A stretch of 63,584 nt of DNA, filler included, from Vannella sp. (GCA_023345925.1; 5 parts of 5 records of this genome joined end to end with filler, not necessarily neighbours in it); one strand, 5' to 3'; shown: positions 13,149 through 24,207, counted from the first letter of the whole stretch. Numbers and translations are program-made. The notes: generated by a model from the sequence alone, not told the origin.

Positions 13149-14966
13149 TCAGTTGCTCTGTTTAACGTACGCTATCTCATTGAGTAGCTGTTTGATGGAC
13201 AAGTCGAGAGGAGCTGAAATGTGGAATTCTGTGCGCCCGATGATGTCGATGGGAGAGGGACTGTTGAAGAAGGCGGTGGGAATGGCGCTGTGGGAAGCAA
13301 TATTGATGAGTTCGGACCAGAAGTAGTCGTTTCGGGGTGTCCCGACGACGAGGAGGGCATCGCTGGTGAAGATATCTTGACTTATTCGCTCGAGGAGCGG
13401 CACTTCAACGAAGGAATGTGGACTGGCCTCGGCTTTGTAGTACTGTGGGGTGTAAAACTGATCACTGTGGCATGATTGGCATTTGTGGTGTGAAGGATTA
13501 GCCGACCACGCAAGATTGGCAGCCAAAAGCCCATCCACTTGATGTCCACAAGAACCACAAGTCGCTGGCAGAGCCAGAGGGGAGAAGTAATACATCTCTT
13601 CAGGTATGCGCCGTGCTTTCTCTAGCAGACTGGCTTCAGTATGACAGTACCAGTCTTGAGGGAACGAGAAGGCGTGAACAGGCGCTGGGCGGAATCGCCA
13701 CCATCCGTCCCCCAGAATAGCTCCAATTGCGTTCCACTGGTCGATGTGCTTCTCACGAGTGAAACCATAAGGCTTTTCCAGTTGGAAAGAGGGCGGGAGT
13801 GGCCATTGAGTGACTTGGTCAGAAAGTAACAAAGTCACTTTCGAGGAGTGACTCAGCGCCTTTGCCAACTCGATGATCTGATCAAGAGCTTCCTTGCGAG
13901 TTTGATTAGGGATGCTTCTCATTTGGGGCGAGGCTTCCTTGGCATTGCCAGAGATCAGAATGTCACAGAATCGGGGAGCTTTGTTCAAGCCTTTCTCGGG
14001 AATACCTGTTGATTCTGCTGGTGCTGGAGGAGCACTCTTCACCTCTGATTCTTGAGGAGGCACAGAGATACCAAGGAATGCGCGTTGGGAATCGAAATGG
14101 GACTCGGGAAGGAGTTCTGCATGCTGAACTGGCTCCATTGCTCGGTGGTAGAAGCTCATTGACTCCTCATAGTGGCTGCGAACCTTTTGGAAGATGGAGG
14201 AGCAATTGGATAGAACCTGAGAGGAGTGGAATGAGTGCTTATCCACTTCCCCGCACACAGAAATGAGAGAATCGCTGCTCATCTCTGAGAGGAGGTTCCA
14301 CTGTTCTTGGGAGGACTTAAAAGTGTCCCTACTTCTAGACCAGGCGTCTGTGATATGACCAGCTGCCAGTTCAAACTGATCAAACTCTTCCAAAAGCACT
14401 CGAGCGACCAAAGCTCTCATCCGAGTGTAGTTTCGGTCCAGTTCCAGTGCTTGCAAGGCGTATTGAAGTGCCTGTTGAGGTTCCTTACACTGCATAGAGA
14501 CGTCGGCAAGCCCTGCATAAGGATACTTGCGGTTTGGGTGTTGGACGAGAAGGTTTTGGAAGACTTCCTTCGCCTTTGTGAGCTTCCCACTCGTCAGTGC
14601 CGAAGCCCCCAGGAACAGGCATCCTTTGTATAGCAGATCCTCGTTACCACACCCTTCCAACATGTCCTGGTGCTCTTCCAGCAACTGGAAAGCTTTCGCA
14701 CTGTCGCCTTCTCGGAACAAGAGCTCCTGGGCACTCTCAATCACGCGATACGAATCCACAGAAGCGGACTGAGCACACCTACGGCTCCAAACCGTCCACC
14801 CACACCGGAGCATCAAACAATGGCACAAGGAAAGAACTTCCTCGAAACTACATTTCCCCTTTCCTTTTTTGTCTCGACCAATCAGAAGGGGATTCTGATC
14901 GGCTCTGGCGTCGAAAACCAAGATTTCATTGGCATGGTTGATTAGCGATTTATGTAAGAAGGTCAT
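13149..14966 (-). CDS. TPR-repeat protein with C-terminal degenerate sirtuin-like domain
   Basis: TPR helices (KAKEVFQNLLVQHP..YAGLA..QALQYALQALELD); C-terminal CGSC..CQSC zinc ribbon, DALLVVGT, TAFFN; true start may be downstream of 14966. Confidence 0.65.
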   Translation of the reverse strand: MTFLHKSLINHANEILVFDARADQNPLLIGRDKKGKGKCSFEEVLSLCHCLMLRCGWTVWSRRCAQSASVDSYRVIESAQELLFREGDSAKAFQLLEEHQDMLEGCGNEDLLYKGCLFLGASALTSGKLTKAKEVFQNLLVQHPNRKYPYAGLADVSMQCKEPQQALQYALQALELDRNYTRMRALVARVLLEEFDQFELAAGHITDAWSRSRDTFKSSQEQWNLLSEMSSDSLISVCGEVDKHSFHSSQVLSNCSSIFQKVRSHYEESMSFYHRAMEPVQHAELLPESHFDSQRAFLGISVPPQESEVKSAPPAPAESTGIPEKGLNKAPRFCDILISGNAKEASPQMRSIPNQTRKEALDQIIELAKALSHSSKVTLLLSDQVTQWPLPPSFQLEKPYGFTREKHIDQWNAIGAILGDGWWRFRPAPVHAFSFPQDWYCHTEASLLEKARRIPEEMYYFSPLALPATCGSCGHQVDGLLAANLAWSANPSHHKCQSCHSDQFYTPQYYKAEASPHSFVEVPLLERISQDIFTSDALLVVGTPRNDYFWSELINIASHSAIPTAFFNSPSPIDIIGRTEFHISAPLDLSIKQLLNEIAYVKQSN

Positions 14967-14971
14967 TTGGA

Positions 14972-17083
14972 ATGTATCAGGAGTCGCAGGCGTGCTTCGC
15001 CTTTCATACGGACCGAACGGACTTGCCGTTGATCCTTCTCAAGTCTATCGAGTACTTTGAGGCGAATGGTGAGTGATAGTAAGGCTGGGGGTGTGTCTGA
15101 TGAGGAGGGAACGTGCTGCGGTTAGATGCGTACAAGGAAGAAGGAATCTTTCGACTTTCGCCCCCTGCTGCCCTTCTGAAGAAGCTCTCTGCGGAGTGGA
15201 GCATGGGTAGGTGGTTACTGTTTGAAAGGAAGCAAGAGAAACTCATCAGGTACAGCCGAGGACACGGGTATTGCTCCCAATCTCAAAGGCGTCGACCCAC
15301 ACACCGTTGCGGTCATGCTGAAGCAATACTTTCGCGAGCTTTACGTTCCTCTCCTTACACTAGAGTATGGAGACTGCTTTATCATCGCAGGAGGTGCGTC
15401 TCCTCGTTCAGGCCGCTCATAAGCCAGGTCACTCACCTCGCTTAGGCGTGAAAGACGACGAAGCAGCAATAAGATCGGTCAAAAGCGCATTTACACTACT
15501 ACCGCTGCGCAACTTGCTCACTATCAAGGCTCTCTCGCACCTCCAGAGGAAGGTAGCGAGCTACTCGGAGTTCAACAAGATGGTTCCGAGCAACCTGGCC
15601 ATTGTCTTCTCTCCCTCGCTGTTTAGAAGCGTTGCAGATGAAATAGAAGTCATCTTGAAGGAATCTCAGGAGGCAAACCTGCTTGCAGAGCGTTTTATCA
15701 CGCATTATGACGAGTTCTTCACAGTAAGGAGCTCTCCTTGCGCTCTCCTCCTCTCACAAGGTCACAGACAAAGGATTGGGATGACCTGATTGCTCAGAAA
15801 GAGGCAGACTTCAAGAAAGCGCACGGACCAACCGTCCCCTCCTTTGTCATTCCCCAGAAATCGATGCCCAAGCCGCCAGCTGGCTCTGTGAGGGTGGTAT
15901 CTCCTTCTAGAGCTAATCTGTTGCCCCAAAGCGATAGCCAAGCCTTCAAGGACTGCCCAGAACCCCCTCCAAGGGCATACGGATTATCAAGACGTGTGAC
16001 AGAGAGCTCTTTACATCGTCCTCCACAGCCCATCCCAACAACGAATGCACCTGCTCCCAGAGGGACACTACCCCAAGTTCCTCAGAGAGGAATGCGCGGC
16101 GTAGGGGCGATCCGCGGGGGTACATTAGGAAGATCTGTGCCGTTAACTGCACCTCCGAGCACTTGGGGAGAAGCCCCCAAGCCTAATCAGGCTATAGAAG
16201 GATCCTCTTCCTTTGCCACTACCGTGCTGCAGCGATTCCCACGCGTAATCTTCCAGGATCAAGAAAGTGGACTCTGTATTGGTGTTGGGACGAAACAAGA
16301 CCCTTCCTTGCGTCTCCTTGCTCCTTTTGAGGAGAGCAGCGACTCGTCAAATGATATCTTCCGGCCGGAATGGGCGCAAGGCGCTGTCAGTTTCCGACAC
16401 AAGCAGAAACTGTGGTTCGCAGAGTCAGGAGGATCCATTTCCACGCGATTGCAGCCGAGCGCACCAGGAACTGCCAATCCCCTTCCTTCCATATTCATAG
16501 TTGAGACCAACGAACGCGACCAAATCATCCTCAAAAGCAAACAGTTCCAACAGTTCGTCTCCGTCGGGCCGCATTCCGCCGGAATCCCTCCGGCGATCAT
16601 TCTTTCAAGGACTCGGACGCCTTTCCGACTTTGTGTGAAGGTGAGGCTTTCTTTTTGCTATTTCCATTCGCTTTTGCTCATGCATGGACTGGTTTGAAGG
16701 CGGTATTGAAGGCGAATGACAAGTATGTGGGGGTGAGAGGGAGTGGAATGCAAGTGGACTATCCTTTGGTGACTCCGTCTTGCCTTTTGCTGATTCAAAT
16801 TGAGAATGTGAATGGCGTTTGCTCGATTTCTTGCTTAGCGAACCGGCAGCGTCTCTACTGGACGATAGAGGGTGACCGAGTGGCGCTTCGGAGCGTAGTT
16901 TCTCCGTCTCGTGCTCAAGAGTTTCGCCTGAACTTTGTGCGGACCCGCTTTGTCAGCCTAATGGCTCAAAATGGAAAGTATGCCACACCTGCTCTTGTCT
17001 TCGCCTCCTCAAGAGCTACTGAGTTCGAGCTTCTGCCCTATCTAACCCGCCCGAAACCACTGAAACCGCCTTCCCTAACATAA
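14972..17083 (+). CDS. RhoGAP domain protein with Pro-rich linker and C-terminal fascin-like beta-trefoil repeats
   Basis: LPLILLKSIEYFE, EEGIFRLS, DPHTVAVMLKQYFREL..PLL, NKMVPSNLAIVFSPSLF; C-terminal IILKSKQFQQFVSV, LKANDKYVGV, SLMAQNGKYA; several introns. Confidence 0.8.
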
Positions 17084-17614
17084 ACTTATCGCAGGCCGCT
17101 CACACTCCAGAAACGTGTTTTGCATTCTGGGAACGTCCAGGAAAGGAAATTCACTTAGCTCCTTCGGGAACCAACAGCATGTGTGTTCTTTACTGTGTCC
17201 TTCATTTTACACACAGACGATGACCGTGGACGCGGAGTCTGTCTCGCAGACCCAGTTTCGATCGAGAAGTTCGGTCTCTCCATCAATGCAAAGGAGACTG
17301 GGAGGTGTCTTTCTCACCGAACAAGAGTTCCTCAGTGCCAAGAGAGATGGTATTGCTGGCGTCTTCTCAGATCTTCGACCAGACACAGCGACAAGGTCCG
17401 GGTTGACCGGAGTCCAACAAACCAAATAGAAGCCTCTTCCTCTCTCAAATAAACAGTTTGTCTTCCCAAACACTTCATTTTAGCAACTGGTAATGTAACG
17501 CACATGAGTGAAGCCTTTGTATTCAATACTCAGCCTGAGCCCTCCCCAGCTAGAGAGGCCACCCATAGCAAAAGAGCATATCCTATCTTATGTATCACGG
17601 GCTCCATGCCAAAG

Positions 17615-17714
17615 NNNNNNNNNNNNNNNNNNNNNNNNNNNNNNNNNNNNNNNNNNNNTTAATTAATTAANNNNNNNNNNNNNNNNNNNNNNNNNNNNNN
17701 NNNNNNNNNNNNNN
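17615..17714. other. Artificial contig linker (N run + TTAATTAATTAA + N run)
   Basis: N44-TTAATTAATTAA-N44, six-frame stop spacer. Confidence 0.97.
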
Positions 17715-18205
17715 GGCGCTCATTCCTTTCAACGAGGGGACTAGAGCGGGTTGGGGCTGATAGGAAGTGTTACCCGTCCCCAATTGCCTAGAATCACCAC
17801 ATCCCCAGGTCCAGACGCCGCCGCTTTCGTCCAGGGCGAGAGTGTGACGGCTTCCGCACGAGACACCAAGCATGGGAGGGATGTTCTTGATTCGCTGAAG
17901 CTTCGTTATACCCCCAGAAGAGCGCCCCAGTTGGCCAAGGGTGTTGTCTCCAGAAGAGAAGACGCCTCCTTCCGAGTCGACGATCATCATGCCTTCAAAG
18001 AGGACAGCCAGGCATCGTAGAGGTCCTTCAGAGCGTTCTTTTACCTCGACAGGAGTTGGTTGGAGGGCGGTGTTGGTGTGACCAAGCCCCAATTTGCCCT
18101 TCTTTGTTGTCGCCCAACACCCAGAGGCCTTCTTCGGCCTCTGCCACGAGGAACTTGTATCCGCAAGCCACCTTGAGGAGTGGGGGCAGGCCTTCCACAC
18201 GTTGG
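17715..18205 (-). pseudogene. RCC1/BLIP-II repeat fragment, frameshifted, truncated by contig end
   Basis: QRVEGLPPLLKVACGYKFLVAEAEEGLWVLGDNKEGQ then +1 shift at ~18091-18096 (CAAATTG) to LGLGHT...GDNTLGQLG...VSCGSRHTLALDESGGVWTWGCG. Confidence 0.6.
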
Positions 18206-19183
18206 GGAAGACAACGCGCCCAAGAGAGATCGCTGTCGGAGGCTGAGTAGTTGGCTGGCTACTTGATGCATGTTGTTGTGAGGGCTGTAGTGAGCGGAGC
18301 TCTCCCGTGAGCTGGAATCAGAACTGACTTTAGGGGATCCACGAGAAGGTCCCACCATCTCGTCGTCATCTCCCTCGTCCGCGTCGTAGTCCATTACATC
18401 TCGTAGATCTCTCTCTTCCTCCTCGTCATTACTGGATTCACCGCCTCCTTCCTCCGGTTCTCCCATCCGAAGTCCGCGAATAGAGGGTCCAGTGGGAATG
18501 CTTCCTGAGGAGGAGCTCAGTGCGGTTGGTAGGTTGCTGAGAGTGACAGGTGGCTCTGGCAAAGTGGAATGAATGGGAAGCTGAGGGATGAGCACGCCGG
18601 AACCTGTTGTAGTGGCGCGCTTCTCCGCGGAGCGAGAAAGAGGGGCGATGCTTCCTCGTTCTGCACTGTGGCGCTTGGAAATAGAACGTTTTCGTGCAAA
18701 TGGGTTCTTAAAGACCCGCGTCTTGATGTCCTTGGTCATAGAACGGCTGTCTTCAGCACTCTTCTCCCTCCTCACGGACAATTGGACGCTATCCGGTTGA
18801 TAGCTGTTCGAGCGAGTGACCAGAGAAGAGGGAGATGTGGGCTGCCTCACTGGTACGTCACTCTCTTCTGGACGGCTCGCCGTAGAACGAGACCGCGGTC
18901 GGCGAGTTCCTGAAGGAGGCGATCCCACTACAGAAGGCGCATTGGTGATCAAGTCTGCAGCTTCACTCGTATGAGATATAGACTTTCGTGCATTGTTACA
19001 CTTCTGAAGGTGGAGCAATGTCTCAGGGTCTTCCACATTAATCGCGCGGCAGCGTTTGCACAGCGCTCCACGAAGCACCTCCAACTTGAACTCCAAGTCT
19101 TGTATCCGCTGCTGTAGCATTGCATGCTCCTCCTTCCTCTTCGACCGAGTACTTCCAGGAACACCAGACTGCTCCTTCCCCAT
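18041..19183 (-). CDS. Low-complexity Ser/Pro/Arg-rich protein with N-terminal coiled coil
   Basis: 380-aa ORF; LQQRIQDLEFKLEVLR coil, acidic patch; 3' end overlaps RCC1 fragment out of frame. Confidence 0.5.
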   Translation of the reverse strand: MGKEQSGVPGSTRSKRKEEHAMLQQRIQDLEFKLEVLRGALCKRCRAINVEDPETLLHLQKCNNARKSISHTSEAADLITNAPSVVGSPPSGTRRPRSRSTASRPEESDVPVRQPTSPSSLVTRSNSYQPDSVQLSVRREKSAEDSRSMTKDIKTRVFKNPFARKRSISKRHSAERGSIAPLSRSAEKRATTTGSGVLIPQLPIHSTLPEPPVTLSNLPTALSSSSGSIPTGPSIRGLRMGEPEEGGGESSNDEEEERDLRDVMDYDADEGDDDEMVGPSRGSPKVSSDSSSRESSAHYSPHNNMHQVASQLLSLRQRSLLGALSSPTCGRPAPTPQGGLRIQVPRGRGRRRPLGVGRQQRRANWGLVTPTPPSNQLLSR

Positions 19184-19405
19184 CCGTCCCCCAACGGAAC
19201 CAGCTAAATGAACCCAAATGCGCTCGCCCCTTGTTAAACGCCCCCTGATGGTGGAAGAATTTAATTCGGAGGGCTTCGATTAAATTTTAAGCCATTTCAG
19301 CGTACAAGATTCGCTCATGTTTGTAAATCCCTCTAAGGAAAGTGTCCCATAATATTGCTGCTTCTTACTTAATTCTGACTTTCGCATCCCTTCACAAGGG
19401 ATGCG

Positions 19406-19948
19406 TTGGAGAGTATAAATTCTCAGCCGCACTCCTCAGTCATCATAATCCCGCAAAAAACCAACATGGTTACCGTAGACAGCCCCATTTCACGCCCTGA
19501 GCTTGTGCAGAATGCATTTCTCTCAAAGTTCCACCGATGCACCCCAGAACGACTCGCGAGTGTCCTCTGGTGGTGCGGAGGTGACTCAAATTCAGACACA
19601 GAGTTCAAGGCTCTCCTCAACTTTCTTATTCACGTTTGGAGCGACCCCAAATTCCGACCCTTTGATGATGTCCAGTCCTCCACCACTTTCCTTATCCAAC
19701 ACGTGGAATCAAACTTCCTTATCCGCTTGTCCACCACACAGCCCGGAGGAATCACTCTGACGTATCGGAAGCAGGAAGGCATCTTCCACACCCGCTTCTT
19801 TGTGAACAAGAATGAGATGATTGTCGACTCTGACAATCAGGAACATTCCTCCATCTCCTCTTTCTGCTCATGGTTCGGCGAAAGGAGATTCCAGTCCGGG
19901 CAGGCGTGCCCAGCTGGATACTGTAGACCAAGTAATTGCTCACTGTGA
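19406..19948 (+). CDS. Small SH2-domain protein (STAT/SHK-like SH2)
   Basis: NFLIRLSTTQPGGITLTY...IFHTRF matches the SH2 FLxR signature; probable start MVTVDS (~19466). Confidence 0.65.
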   Translation: MESINSQPHSSVIIIPQKTNMVTVDSPISRPELVQNAFLSKFHRCTPERLASVLWWCGGDSNSDTEFKALLNFLIHVWSDPKFRPFDDVQSSTTFLIQHVESNFLIRLSTTQPGGITLTYRKQEGIFHTRFFVNKNEMIVDSDNQEHSSISSFCSWFGERRFQSGQACPAGYCRPSNCSL

Positions 19949-20614
19949 GCACCAATAGTACAGATGAATATTTCTCCAATCTTCCGTCGATCCAGAAATG
20001 GACCTAGTTTTTGGGACCCACTCGCCATGTCACGAAATCAGTATTCGGAGTATTCTGTTCCCAGGGAATGAGCTGAGTTGATTTCAATGGACTTTGCTCA
20101 AGTCTTCAAGAAAGGAATACCATTTTGGTCAATTTGAATCGAGGGCGACTCCCAAGGCGATGACTCTAAAATGTCCTCCCGCTGATCACCACCACGCCGT
20201 CCACTTGGATGCGGTGGCCAGGCAAATCAGAAATATTCCTTGGGCGAAACGAAGTCCGCTTGACACCATCTGCATGAGGCACGAGCGGATGAGTGACTGA
20301 CCGTGAACTTCTTCCTCAGAATCAGCTGGAACGACCAATGGCTAACGTCCGTCTCAAGACACTCTGAAGAAAACGAATACGTTGAGATGCATTGGAGTGC
20401 ACAAGCTGGGTTACTTGATAAGGGGTCATACTCTTCAGCGGTCCAGAGTAAAGCTGATGGTTCCACTCGATAAATCAACTTCCAGAAGGAAATAGCCAGC
20501 TAACCCCACGCTCCACTCACCAGTTGGTCGTGAACAACAGGAAGATCGTTCAACATCCAATGATCATCGTCCTTGCGGTGCCATGGAAGCTAAAGGAAGG
20601 GTGGCGGAGCAAGT

Positions 20615-20931
20615 TTATCTCTTCCGGCGACGCTCTTCGGGGATGAGGTGAGCACTCCACAGCTGGAAGGCGCCTACAGCTAAGAAGATCGAGCCAAGGA
20701 CTCCTCCGCGAAGGGGCGTCACTTTAGGGTCGAATCGCTGGTTCAGGAGTTAGCCAGCCTCATGGAGGCCTTGTGGGATGGTCCACTGACCGTCATGAAG
20801 AACAGGACAACGCCTCCGGCTGTAAAGATGGACCCTGTGGCTACCTTACATGAGTAACAGTCCTCCTCATTCTTACTCCTATCGACAGCAGTCCCTTGAA
20901 TCTGTTTCCAACGATCTAGCAGATAGGACAT
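20615..20931 (-). CDS. Small membrane protein, DUF4536/DMAC1-like
   Basis: EDCYSCKVATGSIFTAGG, TM helix, second hydrophobic segment GVLGSIFLAVGAFQLW after a putative intron. Confidence 0.55.
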
Positions 20932-20978
20932 GTCCAACTCCCCTCCCCTGCCCACCAGAAGATAATGAATGCCACACT

Positions 20979-21470
20979 TTTACAGAATAATAGCATTTTG
21001 TGCCGAAGGAACCAGTCTGGAACATGAGGGATGCTTGAAAGGTCCTTTGGGGCAGATAGACTTCGAATGAGCGTCAGAGCAGCTTCTGGAGAGCGATTCT
21101 GATGGTTCCGATCATTGCTTGCTTCTCTTGGAATAGGGTAGAGGCTACCTCGTTCGCTTTTGATGGCGGTGTGTCTTGGAGGCCGAGATACTCGAGTTTG
21201 TGCTCAGTTAGCTTCCTTTCTAGCTCATCAAGAGAGTGCATCAGCTCCTGGAAAGTCCCTAACTCTTCATTAGATCATGGTTCATCCTTCCAGAGGGAGC
21301 TCTAACCCAGAGCCTCGGCCTGTGTATTGGGATTGTTGAAGCTGTTCTTTCTACCACCCTGTCAGCTTATCCTCACCCCAGGAACCAACATCCACTCACA
21401 TAAGATCAAAAAAGTGAAGCCCGCTCGTCTCCGCCGATGCCAGCAGCTCGAGCCCATCCCTGATGGCCAT
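20979..21470 (-). CDS. Hypothetical helical protein, spliced
   Basis: MAIRDGLELLASAETSGLHFFDL|gtgagt... and exon FQELMHSLDELERKLTEHKLEYL with GT-AG junctions. Confidence 0.35.
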
Positions 21471-21570
21471 TTGGTTCATAACCGGCCAACAAATAATGGC
21501 GCCATTGTGAGATCTTTGATTATCTTAGGATTGGCATATTTGTGGGAGGGTCAAAGGTGGCCATTGTGCC

Positions 21571-22339
21571 ATGGCCGTGGAACTGGGACCTCTCTCCCGA
21601 AGGATCTTGGTGGCCCTTATCCTGCTGTTCGCAGTGGTAGGTTGTTGTAAAGGGAGCGGATATGGGGAGCTGACAACCTCGGGTAGTTTGCGTCCTCTGG
21701 GTTAATCGTCTTCTCCTTCTTCCAGTTTACAGACGACGAGACACCAGAGGAGGGCGATGCGATCAGCTGTACTTCTGGTAACTTCTCTGATAACCATCCC
21801 ATGCGCTTCCGGCAAGAGGAAGGCGATGACTTTGTGTCCTGCGCCTGGTGGTGGGGCAACACTGCTGTTCGGGTCGCCGTTGCTGGTCTGGGGGTTTTGT
21901 TTCCTTTCCCAGTCATTATCTTTGGTCTCTGGAGAAAGAACCACCTTATCATGTGGTTGGTAAGAGCCCCAGCCCTCTCTACAGGACCCCTGCTAACTGT
22001 CCCAAAGAGCACCGCCCTTTGCTTCCTCATGGCCTTGTTTGTCATCGCCCCGATCATGTTGGACTGCAAGAGCGTTCTACAGTCTCGTGGTTGGTGTGTG
22101 AACACACTGGATGCAGATCGCTGTGCTTACTGGCCCTTCTTCGGCTTGATCTTGTACGAAATGATCGTCTTTGGCATCTGGGTACGCTCTCTACCCCCTT
22201 CCCCTAGCATGTTACTCACTGATACGCCAAGATCTTCGAAGGGCTTGTGTTGTTCTACTATTGCGTGCGTCACAGCAAGAAGGACTTCTCCGACTTTGCA
22301 TTCGACTACGAGGAGGAGAACAGCTACCTGTCAACCTAA
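21571..22339 (+). CDS. Multi-pass membrane protein of unknown function
   Basis: Hydrophobic N-terminus MAVELGPLSRRILVALILLFAVV, 3-4 TM helices, last exon IFEGLVLFYYC...EENSYLST*. Confidence 0.55.
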
Positions 22340-22393
22340 CTGCGAGTTGTCAGAGTCATACACCATGGAGAAGGATATGTTACAGATACACTG

Positions 22394-23092
22394 TTATTGC
22401 AGTGGTCTCTCTTTAGGGAGGGGAAGCCTGTGCGTGGTGATGTCGATTCCCTCATTGATGAGTACGAGGGAAGGCTCTGCCTCTCCTGTGGCGAACGTCG
22501 GTGCCAAGGATAGATGAGGGAGGATGCGCTGCGCAGCTTGGTTGAGTTTGCAGAACTGGAGGCGACTTTGGAGCCAGAGAGCGTGATCAGGAGCTTCCTG
22601 ATCCTCATTACCCTCTGCATTGATCACCATGCACATCATTGGGTTCATCGAGCTATTGAGAGCTGTCATGCAGCTCGCTGAGTAGCCAGAGGAGCACAAG
22701 ATGGCGCCCAAAAGAGGTATTCGGTGCTGGCAGTTGTGTAGATGAGGGTGGCCCGCAGCAAGACCACGTGGTAAGAAGAAGCCCGACACGGCGTGATCTG
22801 CTCCTCCCCACCGCGAGAGAACGCCGTCTAACTCACGGATGTAAGCAGGCTTGCACGTGGTCTTCTCGTGCTTGCATTGGACGATCAAGTTGATCAAAGG
22901 CCACTGCAGAGACCTACCAGCGCCGGCCTCTAGTGAGTGCTCCACCTGCTGTGCCGTCCCCACTTGCCAAAAGCCTTGCAAGTCAATCCCCAGATCCCCA
23001 GCCCCGCCTTTCCTTTGCAAGTGGAACCCATAGCGAAGGAGGACTCGCGTACAAAGGCTCTCGAAGAAGGCTCCTTTGTGCACCGTCGACAT
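22394..23092 (-). CDS. RRG7/DUF2034-like PD-(D/E)XK (Mrr-like) nuclease-fold protein
   Basis: STVHKGAFFE, GGAGDLGIDL, VQCK, PAYIRELDG motifs. Confidence 0.75.
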   Translation of the reverse strand: MSTVHKGAFFESLCTRVLLRYGFHLQRKGGAGDLGIDLQGFWQVGTAQQVEHSLEAGAGRSLQWPLINLIVQCKHEKTTCKPAYIRELDGVLSRWGGADHAVSGFFLPRGLAAGHPHLHNCQHRIPLLGAILCSSGYSASCMTALNSSMNPMMCMVINAEGNEDQEAPDHALWLQSRLQFCKLNQAAQRILPHLSLAPTFATGEAEPSLVLINEGIDITTHRLPLPKERPLQ

Positions 23093-23313
23093 GAAGGGGA
23101 GAGGAAATGGCCCCGATTCTTCCCCACATTCAAAATGTCCCTCTTCACTCGTTCCTCTTCACTTCTTCGTTCCTGCACCTCTCGCGAAGTAGCTGTTGCA
23201 TGAACAGAGACAAGAAGTGACTCTGAGAGGGACCTTCGTTGGAGTAGTTACTGTGACAACGGTCTGGCAACATGCTGGGGGCTGAGGAAGGAAGGATGAG
23301 GTTTACTTCAACC

Positions 23314-24207
23314 TCAGTAAAGGGGCTTCTCTCGGAAGAACTTGGTCAGAGTCCACTTCTCCCCTTCTTTGACGGGGAGCTCGCGATGAACCGATACAAG
23401 ATCGAGTTGGGCATTGGGAAGGCGACTGTGGTAAAGGATGGCGTCTCCGTTACTAGCAGAGACCTGCACTTCCGCTCTGGGAAACTCAAACTCTCCTCCA
23501 GCAACGGCTGTTTGAAGGAACACGACGACACTCACCACTCGTTGGCCTCCCTCTGCGACATTGTGAGGCCCATGGACGGCTAACTGAAGGAGCACGTACC
23601 TGCTATCGAAGGAGTGTCCTCGAAGTAGTCAAAGTGGTTGTCGTAGAAGTGGCCGAGGCGGAAACGGCGAAGAACGAACTTCTCTCCGTGCTCGCGAGGG
23701 ATCATCGCCCACTCTGAGAGAAGCGTCTCTAGTCGCTCGAGAGCGGGGATCTCCGCATCGATCCGAACGGCAGTGGACTTGGTCTTCTCTGAAGTGAGAG
23801 GTGCGCGAACATCTATTGCTCGTTGTGGCTTGGTCAGGAGGAGTGGATAGTCACATAGGAGGTCATCTTACCGATCTTGTCCTTGGCAAATGAGAGGATC
23901 GCTTCAAGGTCCGTCGCAGAGAGGAGATTGTGTCGAAGGAAGAGCCGAGGACTCCATTTCAGCTGTTCCACGGATCCCTGGTGGCACTGATCAACCGCAG
24001 TGAGGTCAACAGGAACAAGGATAGGATCTTGTTTCACAACTGAACCCAAAACAGACAGTCAGACCGAGAATACCTCCCAAAGCCGCCCCCCTTCCACCTA
24101 CCTCCCCCAAAGAGCTTCCAAACAACGAAGAGAATCACCACCGCAGCAACAACAGTAAACACCTTCTTCTTCACACTCGTCTGATACGAGTTGTGGCGTC
24201 TACCCAT
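23314..24207 (-). CDS. Prolyl 4-hydroxylase-like 2OG-Fe(II) oxygenase, type II membrane anchor
   Basis: N-terminal TM, WSPRLFLRHNLLS, HFDYF, GGQRVVSVVVFL, GGEFEFP, GDAILY, H...PVKEGEKW. Confidence 0.85.

Noticed and set aside
13850..13980. Parvulin/Pin1-like segment (RFCDILIS...TRKEALDQI)
   Set aside because: Similarity is short and superficial; the rest of the PPIase fold is absent.
17115..17614. Short ORFs near the contig end
   Set aside because: No recognisable motif or consistent splice structure.
17615..17714. TTAATTAATTAA palindrome within N runs (also 32849, 39069, 55534) as a biological element
   Set aside because: Identical 100-bp constructs; an artificial six-frame-stop contig linker.
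20043..20556. Possible spliced minus-strand gene
   Set aside because: Splice-like sites are present, but I could not assemble a convincing frame or domain.
22394..23092. Bacterial Mrr restriction system
   Set aside because: Matches the eukaryotic RRG7/DUF2034 family; no methylase nearby.
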